The notes under the pieces were generated by a model. It saw nothing but the letters and a program-made list of their open reading frames with translations. It did not search any database and had not been told where the DNA came from. The position numbers and the translations under genes were made by a program. A stretch of DNA of 64,000 nucleotides, taken from NCBI RefSeq assembly GCF_009914755.1, contig NC_060933.1; one strand, given 5' to 3'. This document shows, one piece after another, positions 46,236 to 64,000 of this stretch (positions are counted from its first letter, which is position 1; each line of letters opens with the position of its first letter). The stretch is from the human T2T-CHM13v2.0 reference genome, Homo sapiens.

Positions 46236-48254
46236 GAAGCCTGTTTAGGCAGTTTTCTTTGTGCCTGTACAGTGGGGTGTCATGCCCTAACATACATTGC
46301 ATAATTAGAAAATGGTAGATAAGCCCCAATTTGGGCAGAGATTTTCGTATTACAGTGAGATTATGAGGAAAACTCAGTGAAAGGTCAGTGCTGAAGTCCA
46401 TCTTGTCTTCAGCCAACTGGATCTGGTCCAATTCTCATAGGGAATGCCAGAGTTTTGTTTTAGTAAACTTGGAATATGGTCAGGTTCTTATCAGGAATGC
46501 TAGAGTCCGGCTTTTAGCAACCTTGGGAGACATCACTTAAGGCAATAAACAGTTTCTTCTATTTGTGGTTAAGAATTCAGCCTGATCAGCTAAGTTAGGA
46601 GAGGCTTCCCTTCTGCTATGTGACTTAGGTCAGCTTGTTAAGGGAGGCAAGAAGGTAGGGGAGGGAATATGCCTGGACATGTGAGCCCCATGAGCCTCAG
46701 TCTACAAAGACCAAGTCTCTTTCCTATACTGTCTCATAATGATTATTTTCCCTACATCTTTTTACCCTGAATATCTTGGCCTTGTATTTTCCAGCTCTGA
46801 TATTGCCAAAGTCCCAACCAAGTAGTTAGCTCATTAGCCATTAACCAAGAGTTCATGAAGATAGAAACCTTGGGAAAATGGCGTATCTATTGCTAGGAGT
46901 AATGCACATATGGAATGAGTGTCTGAATGGGGTTAAAGGCTGTAGCTCTCCTTGGTCTGAATTCCTTATGCCCTGTGCTCCCTCATCAGTAATGAGAGGC
47001 CATTGGTTCTCTTGTTTTGAGATTGCTGACCATCCTCCCTCCAGTCCCCACTAAGCAAGAGGCAGAGGCATTTTCAGGATTTTGGCAAGTTGACCTCAGT
47101 GGCAGGGTATGTGGCTATTTTCTCATGGAATGTTACACTCCAGTAGGACTAAATGTGAGTTGATTCTGTAAATACCATTTCCATTGTAGTAAGAAGGTTT
47201 CTGTTGCTGATCCAGTTTTACAGTAAGCTTTTTCCATTACCCAGGGCATAATAGGAATCTTGGTTCATAGGGTAAATGGGCTCTGCCCTAGTAAGGGCTT
47301 CAATTTTGATAACTAAAAAGCAGAAAATTTGTGGGTGACTGGATACGAAGAAATATGGGAGGAAGGGATGTATTGGTGCCAGAATCCCAGTGTTGATTGA
47401 ATCCCTTTATTGATGTGGGAGGTTGGAGAGCTAGGAGATTCTCTTTTGCCAAATTGGGAATAGTTTACCTCTCTGAGTTCTAGGTGTAGCCCAACACTTT
47501 AACAGGTCAGGAGGGGTCTTGCACCTTATGTGGGGCAACTGTCCATCCCCTCAGTGGGGTGCTTGCTCACAGCTGTGATGACCTGTGAAACAAAGTTTTG
47601 GTCAGGACCAGTGAGGAGGATGTCACTGATATGATGCCAAAGCTAAGTTTCTTGGGGGAAGTGTGGGGCAAGCATCGGGGTCCTCTTAGCAAAGTCCAGA
47701 TGTAAGTAAAGGCCTTTCACCACAGTGCAGGCAGTCAGGTAAAGCTGTGCTGTTGACTCTCAAAGGTTAAGTCAAATTGTGGTTGGCTGTCATGAAAAAA
47801 TTTTAGTGAATAAAACCTGTTAGCCAAGTCTGTGCAGTAACTCTAAACCATTTACCCATGTTGTTTTGAATGTCATCCATTAAGGTGACAATATTTGGTA
47901 GAGATGCTGTAATGAAGAGAACAGCATTGTTTAGCTTTGTATCATCTATAATAAGTCCAGTCATCAGTAACAGCTTTAAGCACAGGCTTAAAGGAACTGA
48001 AAGGTGAGATGGTAGGAATCAGCATCCCTTCTTACCCAAGTCAGTCCCGACAGGCTGGCACCCTTCAGTGTCTTGTCTTAGGCAGCACAGTGGTGTATCT
48101 ACCACCTCAACTGGATAGAGGAAGGCTGACCGATTCCCACAGGGAACCCACCCACCAATAGTGTAAAAGTCTTAGGCTTGTTGCTGCTGACTGAGGAGGT
48201 CCATTCAGTAGTGGGAACAAGAGAGAAGTATTTCTTAGCAAAATGGAACTAACT

Positions 48255-48551
<297 letters not shown>

Positions 48552-50679
48552 CTAGGGACTAACTTTAATAGTTAAGTGGCTTATTAATCTTCCTTCCAAG
48601 CCTGTCACCTCCTTGAAGTGTCCCTTTAAAGCATGAGTGCTTCCTGGGTTAGGGAGATTTGAGCATCCACATCCAACAGAGCCAGGCTGTGGTGTTTATT
48701 TTTTGGAACCCAAACCACAGTTAATGGAATAGGGTGATTGTCTTTCAGGGGAACCTGATTCCACAATCACCAAATCCCTGTGTAGGGTGGGTACCTGCCA
48801 CTGGTGGAGATCAGGGGCAGGCACAGAAGGCGGGGATGGCTTGAAGGAGATACCATAATCTGACCCTAGTAAGAACTGTAACTGCCCCACGGGTTTCCCA
48901 GAGATCATCCAATTTGGGACCCCCTTGTTCCTTAGGTTCTAGTATAACCTCTCTTGTACATCTTGGCAGGAGCATGGTTGTAGGTGGTTTGTTTGGCTTG
49001 CGGAAGGGAAGCAGCCTCATGGTCGATGGCAATTTTAAAAAGTCAGGCCCAGATAGGGAAAGAGCAAGACCCTGAGATGTGGGATTAGGACATTTGAGTG
49101 GGCAATCAGAGAATTTTGACCTCCCCGCTTCAGATTTCCTGAGGCCTCCTGATGGTCTTACATGAAGTATATGGGAGCCTTGGCTCTGTATGGCCCTAGG
49201 CCCTACTATAGCCTTTGCAAGGGGGAGGCAGGTCAGGCAGCATGGGCTGTGCCACCCTCTTCTCTCACCTGTTCCAGGGTGTCTGATGCTTCTTGCAGAC
49301 AACTCTGGGTGCCCCAAGAACAGATGAGTCATAATGATAAACAATTTATCGTCTTTTAACCAATATGTGGGGGGTGGGGAGGGGTGGGCATGAGGCCAGG
49401 GGAGCATCCCTTGTCCCCAGGAGGGAAGCTTTGAATGGTGAACCCAGACTGGGGACTCTGGTCCCCACCTTGAAGCCTCCTTGCTTTGAGTAAGGCCACA
49501 TTTCATGAGTTTTGGGGACCGTGACCTGCCAAGGATGGCAGATAGAGGGACGCAGTCTCCTGGGCCCAGGCCTGCCCAGTTTCCTCCAGTCCTACCACCT
49601 GGAGCAGGAGGGCCCAGCACCACGCTTGGCCTCAGGGCTCTTTCTCATGGGTGACCAGGTGACCACTCAGGTCCTGGAGCCTGGCCATCCCTGCCTCCTT
49701 GTATGAATGAGGGTGGTGGCTGGCCTGCCTACTCCTGCAGCCTCATCGCCAAGGTGACTGGTTGCTATTCAGGCCCCCTAAGGTCACTGACTTGGCCTTT
49801 TGGGGTTTGCACAGGTCCCAAGTAGCCATGCACTGCTCTGAGAGGGCTCGCCCTACCTTGGGCTAGATTCTAGTACTGGTCAGAGCTACAGGTGGCTCAG
49901 TCCCTTTGGTGATCACCTTGGCTGCTGGGGGCCCCAGGCTCGGGTTGAGGCCAGATCAAACCCCTCTGGATCTGGACCTTGTGCCGTGTTAGGGAGTTCT
50001 GTCCCACAGGAGGTCAGCATGAGGACACAAGACATCCTGCTGGCTGGCCAGAGCTATGAGGATGCCACACCCCCTCCCCTCCAGAGGCCTCCAAGTAGCC
50101 ATCTTCCCAGTGGACGGTGGTTTCAGCTGGCTGAGGGGCCATCCGGGGCTTCTGGGCAGCTTGCGGGGTAGGCTGCTGTCCTGGCTCCTTCCAGAACATG
50201 CAGGTCAGTGAAACTGACAGGGATAGGACATGGGCCACTGTGAAGGGGAGGTGTCTTCGGCTCTTCCTGTGGATCTTCAGAAAGCTAGGCAGGGGTTGAT
50301 GATGGGCCCCAGTGGGGTTGCAGGGCCAGTCTGTCCATGGTCCGGGAGGTAGCCAGGGCAGATGCTGAAGGGATGGGGGCCCAGCATTCCTGCCCGAAGC
50401 AGTACTGTGGGAACCAGGGGCCCTGACGTCAGGGTCTATGGGGAGGTTTGGGACTGAATTCCATTGCAGTAACCACCAAACAACTGGTGGTCTGTCCTGG
50501 GCTGGGGACAGGCTGGCCAGACCCTGAGCTCCTGGGGCTCCCAGAGCAAGGCCTGTGGCCCCAGGCTCTTTGGAGACCCTCATGCCACTAGGGGCCTCAG
50601 CCTTGGGAAGAGCCTGGCCAGGCAAGGGTCAGGGAGGACCACACTCCTGTTTTGTGGGGGCTACCCCTTATGGGGAGGC

Positions 50680-50937
50680 ATGGTCTCACTCTTCGTCACC
50701 CAAGCTGAGTGCAGTGGTGTGATCACAGTTCACTGCTGTCTTAAGCGATCCTCCTACCTCAGCCTCTCATGTAGCTGGCACTACAGGCGCATGCCACCAC
50801 ACCTGGCTAATTTTTTTTGTAGAGATGGGGTCTTGCCGTATTGCCGAAGCTGGTCTCAAACTCCTGGACTTAAGCAGTCCTCCCACCTCGGCCTCCCAAA
50901 GTGTTGAGATTACAGGCATGAGCCATCACACCCAGCT
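50680..50937 (-). mobile_element. Alu (AluJ-like, partial)
   Basis: Diverged antisense consensus. Confidence 0.8.
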
Positions 50938-51482
50938 GATTTTTCCTTTATTTTTGAAAGGTAACACAAGAATCATTATATAATTTTCATTTTTCTAATG
51001 TCCTTGTTGAATTTTAGTATCAAGACTACTGCTGGTGTCACAAAATAAGCTGAGTAAGCTTTCTCCTGTATTCTCTGGAATCGTGACACTGTCCATTTAT
51101 TAAGTGATTGACTGGTAGAATTTAGTAGTGAAGCTATCTGGGCCTGGAGATTACATAATGAAAATATTTTAATTTGGAGGTTCAATTCCTTTTTAACAGT
51201 TTTAAGACACTTCAGGGGTTTGTTTTTTATTATTGCAAGTCGAATTTTTCTATGGATTTGTCAATTTTACCAAAATTTCGCATGTATAAAGTTACTTCTA
51301 ATATCCTTAGTCTTTTGAATCCTATTCATTTCTAATATTGATAATATTTGAGATTAGGTACGTACAAATTTGAAAAATTTTACCAATGAACTGAATATAA
51401 TTAGAACTGAATGTGTTTATCACTAGTAATGATTTTTGCCTTGAAATTGTATCTTATATTAAATAACAGCTCTTTGCCTTAA

Positions 51483-51810
<328 letters not shown>

Positions 51811-52140
51811 TAACTACACCAGATTTTTGGTTTGTGTATGCACGATAAATCATTTTTTCTCCTTTTACTTGCAAATGTTATATACATTTTAGAGTTCTCT
51901 TTGAAGTTCTCTTAGAAGCTTACAGTCTGCAGAAGATGTGGCTGGAGAAATAAACAGAGGCCATATCATGAAAACATCAGACTTTCCTGAAAGCCAAGAA
52001 CGAGGGTTGAGTATGTTTTCTCTCTCCACTAAGTGCTTGAAGGCCAGCATCTGTAGCAGTGTTAGTCACCCTGAGTGCTCACAGAAGAGTTTATCCACAT
52101 GAAGCATAAAATAAACATTTTAAAAATAAAGGGTGCCTGG

Positions 52141-52443
<303 letters not shown>

Positions 52444-52501
52444 GGATGGCTAAGAATAAGTTTCTCTAGTCTGTTTTTATCCTTGAACCACAATCATACT
52501 C

Positions 52502-53053
52502 TTTATTATTATACAAACTTTTAAATATTGGTATCTGATACCATAAGTCCTTCCATCATTTCCTCTTCTGCATCTGGTTCCACTTCCTTCCATGTATCTT
52601 TTATAATCACCTTATCAAATTATAATAAGGAAAAAGCACTAGCTGGGATTATATTGGGATTTATTAAATTTATAAATTAATTCCAGGAACGCTTGTTTCC
52701 TTAAATACACAGCTGCTTCTGGCTCACGCTCATCCTGAGGGAGTAGATGTTGGTAAACCAGCCTCATGTGCAGAGGGTCTCCTGCTGGATCCCCAACTGG
52801 AGCCATCCCTGGGCCTAGACTTCTGTCTCCCTCACTTCTAAATGAGTGCTCAGTGATGTGAAGCACACAGGAGTCCCTCAGGGCAAAAGTGGCTATGCCT
52901 GGTGCTACCCTCCCCATGACCCCAAAAACGAGAGCCATGAGACAATGCCACCTTAGCCATTTCCCTTGAGAGAAATGAAGGAGGAACAGACATAAGGCAG
53001 AGCCACCTGAGGTTTTTAGAATCTATATCTCACATACTGAACTAGTGTTTAAT
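52502..53053 (-). terminator. CDK20: Candidate CDK20 polyadenylation signals: ATTAAA (53053-53048), AATAAA (52665-52660), AATAAA (52507-52502)
   Basis: Hexamers on the minus strand 0.45-1 kb after the stop; the site actually used cannot be determined here. Confidence 0.5.
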
Positions 53054-53494
53054 GGCTCTGAGAATAAAACCAAACCAAATCTTCCTTCCACTTGAGTTTC
53101 CAACATAAGGACACCTTACTCTCTGCACTTCTCCTTGACCAGGAGGCAGCACTCGGGGAAGCAGCACCAAGGCAGGCATCGTCATTCTGCATATGCAGGC
53201 CTTGACTGGCAGCAGAGCTCACTGTCCTGATGGGTACGTCAGTAGCACACAGAAGGTAAGGCTCACCGAGCACAGGCCATGAATCTCCTCTGCTCGACTG
53301 GATGTTCTCATACTCTTGGCTGGGAACATGACCTCTGCCTCGAGACCAACCCTCGCAAGGGCTAAGGGGCAGGGTGTGGTGTGGGCCCACTGTGGCCATG
53401 GGGAGGCCTTGGAGGGTGAAGCCAGGCAGGTGGCAGAGGAACAGGTGGACTGAGTGGTCCTGAGGAGCAGGCAGACGGGACCAGGGCCAACTTC

Positions 53495-60483
<6,989 letters not shown>

Positions 60484-61082
60484 CCCGCTGCAGTCGTGGG
60501 CCTGTGCCCCTGTGCCCCTGAACTTCCAAACTCCACTTCTCCTCCACCCCACGCTGATCTGAGCTCGCACGCTGTTGCCTAGCAACAGCGCGGCAGCTGA
60601 CCACTGGGGCGGTTCCTGTAGGCCACGTCACCAGGAGAACGGAAGCTGCGTCGAGTCAGGGGTGACAGCTCCGGGCCCCACTGCGCCTTTTCCTAGCCCT
60701 CCGCTGTCACGCAGCAGCAAGCTTAATCCCGCATAAAAAACGCATGCGCCGAGAGCGTGCCCGCAGCAGGGCCCACGGAACGATGACAGCAGGCACCTCC
60801 TATCTGCCCCCGCCCCCGGCGTCACGTGACTAGCTGCGCTGGTGCACGCAGCCGGGAGGGGCGGGCTCCTTCCCCTGGCAAGCCGGAAGCTCCGCACCTG
60901 TAAGTAGAGGTTCAGGCTTCGACCACGCGCAGGTGCTGTTTTCTAGCTCCGAAAGCCAGGCACTATTGATGCAGACAGACAGGTCCCGGGCTGCGTTGTG
61001 GAAAGAGGGTCTGTGGGTCCTCTTGTCTTAAAATGTCAGTTGGCTACGTGTACCCACAGATTTTTAAAAGGGCATACTCTGA

Positions 61083-61392
<310 letters not shown>

Positions 61393-62293
61393 AAGGGCAT
61401 ACTCTGACCCAGACAGGACAGAGTAGGCCTTAAACTTCTGAAAGGATGCTCAACTTCACATACAATAAACAAATGCAAACTAAAGTTACAGTTTTTCACA
61501 TATTGGATGGCTAAAGATCTCAGGTCTAATAGTTCATTGACCAAGCTACGGGAAAACAAGCACTTTCATACATTGCTGGTGGCAGTATAATTTGACGATG
61601 TTGATCAAATCACAAATGCACAGACCCTCAGACTCAGCAAAGCCACTTCTAGCAATTTCCCCAATAGACACCTTTTACACATGTGAAATGACATGTACAA
61701 AGTTATTCCATTGCAACGTTGTTTCAACGGCAAACTATTGGAAACAACACAGATGTCCATCATTGTGGTGCATCCTTCAAATGAGGTATTAAATCTTTTT
61801 ATGTACAGCAATGGGAAGATTTCTAAAATAGGTTGTTAAATGAAAAAGGCAAGATGCAGGACAGAATGCATAGAGTACCACTGGCTGTGTAAACAAAAGG
61901 AGAAAAGAATATAAATAATGCTTGTACATCCATTACAAGATATCTGGAAAGATACACAAGATTTCCTGAGTGTGGTTACCTGGTGGAAGAGGGACTGGGA
62001 GGACAGGGGGACAGAATAGGAGGCAGACTTTTCACTGGGTCTCTTTACATTATTTGAGTTTTGAATATAATTTATTAATTTTCCAAAAAAGCAAATATTT
62101 TCTAGCTTAGAAATTTCACTTCTGGGTTAATAATTGCAGAAGAATGACTTGATGTCCATACAAAGTATTCCTCCTGTTTGATGATAGCAGAGATCTGAAA
62201 ACAACCCAAATACCCAGATGGAAAAATGGCTAAGTTAAGTTAAGGGAGTGCCATAGAATGGAATAGTTTTTAGCATTAAAACTGGCGAAGATA

Positions 62294-62600
62294 GGCTGGG
62301 CATGGTGGCTCAGGCCTGTAATCCCAGCACTTTGGGAGGCCGAGTCCTACGGATCACTTGAGATCAGGAGTTTGAGACCAGCCTGGCCAACATGGCGAAA
62401 CTCCCTGCCTGTACGAAAAATACAAAAATTAGCCGGGCATGGTGGCACTCGGCCTGTAGTCCCAGCTACTCAGGAGGCCGACGCGGGAGAATCGTTTGAA
62501 TGGAGGAGGCGGAGGTTGCAGTGAGCCGAGATTGTGCCAAGGCACTCCACCCTGGGCGACAGAGCAAAACTTGGTCTCAAAAAAAACAAACAAAAAAAAA
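62294..62600 (+). mobile_element. Alu
   Basis: Consensus arms and A tail. Confidence 0.9.
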
Positions 62601-62896
62601 AGATACAGTAGGGAAAGGATGGTCTTCACAAATAGTGCTGGGTCATTTGAGAAGTCATAAGGGGAAAATAATGTATATTGACCCCAGTCTCACACCATTC
62701 ACAAAATTGATTCCAGATGGACTGCAATCTAAATATAAAAGGTAAATAATGAAGCTTTTAGAAGAAAATTATATCTTAATGGCTTTGGATTAATTCAAGA
62801 TCCTTAGGTTACAGAATACACTAAAAGAAAAACAAAAATGAGAAATTGGCCTTCATCAATGCTAAGAATATCTATTCATCAAAAGATACCATTAGA

Positions 62897-63199
<303 letters not shown>

Positions 63200-64000
63200 G
63201 ATACCATTAGAGAGTGAACAAGAAAGCCACAGAAAGGCAAAAGAGAACTGTAATACATATATCTGACAAAGGACTCACATGTAGAATTTATAGAGAACTT
63301 TTATTATAACACTGAAGAAGAAGCAGACAATCTTACAAAAAAAAAATTAGAAAAACCTGGAATAGACACTTCGCAAAAGGTGATTCCTGAACAGCCAATA
63401 AATTTTGCAATATGTGTGTTTAACTTCCCTGACTAGAAGGGAATTTCATATTAAAACCACAACAGAGTGTTATTGTAATCACTAGAATAGTTTAAATGAA
63501 AAAGATAGATAATACCAAATGCTAGCAAAGAGCAACTTGAACTCTCATACACTGCTGCTAAGAGTGCAAGTTCATACAACCCCTTGGAAAAACTGGCACT
63601 TTTTTCCACAGGCACGTACCACCACGCCTGTAGAGGCAGGGTCTCTCTATGTTGCCCAGGCTGATCCTGGGCTTGAGGGATCCTCCCACTTTGGCCTCCC
63701 AGAGTACTGGACTTACAGGCCTGAGCCACCACACACGGCTCCACTTTGTCAAGTTTTACTAGCTAGTTTGAGGTTCAAGAAAAGTTTCAAAGCAAATGCC
63801 TTTTTATTGGACTAGTGACTTTTTTCTTTTTTTTCTTTTTTTTTTTTTTTTTGCCAAATCAATAACTGCATAATGACTTTTACATGACTAAATTTTACTT
63901 ATCTTCCCACACATAAGACTGTCGTACAATTATCAAATGCTTTATGAAGCACCATTTTGTGCATAACATCACAGCACAAAGACTAGTATGATTATGGTAA

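Noticed and set aside
48811-50625. 270-aa and 203-aa minus-strand ORFs
   Set aside because: Non-ATG starts, GC-rich random-like composition, no recognisable domain; adjacent to ERV remnants
60484-60585. 34-codon in-frame extension upstream of the CDK20 ATG
   Set aside because: Non-ATG start inside the X-box near the likely TSS; an open frame this short is expected in a CpG island

Overview
Human/primate genomic DNA that I recognise as the 9q22.1 SPATA31C1-CDK20 interval. Two complete genes were reconstructed from splice signals: a 4-exon testis gene SPATA31C1 (+, CDS 3997-9498, intact, 1176-1194 aa depending on which of four tandem acceptors is used) and the 8-exon kinase CDK20/CCRK (-, CDS 60483-53495, 346 aa). 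A near-identical copy of the SPATA31C1 promoter/exon 1 lies 3472 bp upstream, with its junction inside an Alu. The 10-27 kb region is unusual. It holds nested MaLR (MST) duplications, three kinds of degenerate tandem array, several hairpins, and a mirror-symmetric CCAAT/TATA element centred at 25441 that looks like a bidirectional promoter made by inverted duplication. A 5'-truncated ZNF598 retrocopy (29717-31056, -) carries a compound triplet repeat with a (CGG)13 core. A repeat-free island at 40.3-42.9 kb holds a strong-Kozak 77-aa ORF with five regular heptads that I cannot name, head-to-head with an apparently decayed two-exon gene. The rest is Alu/L1/L2/ERV. All calls were made by eye. 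Repeat subfamily names and boundaries are approximate and no database search was run.
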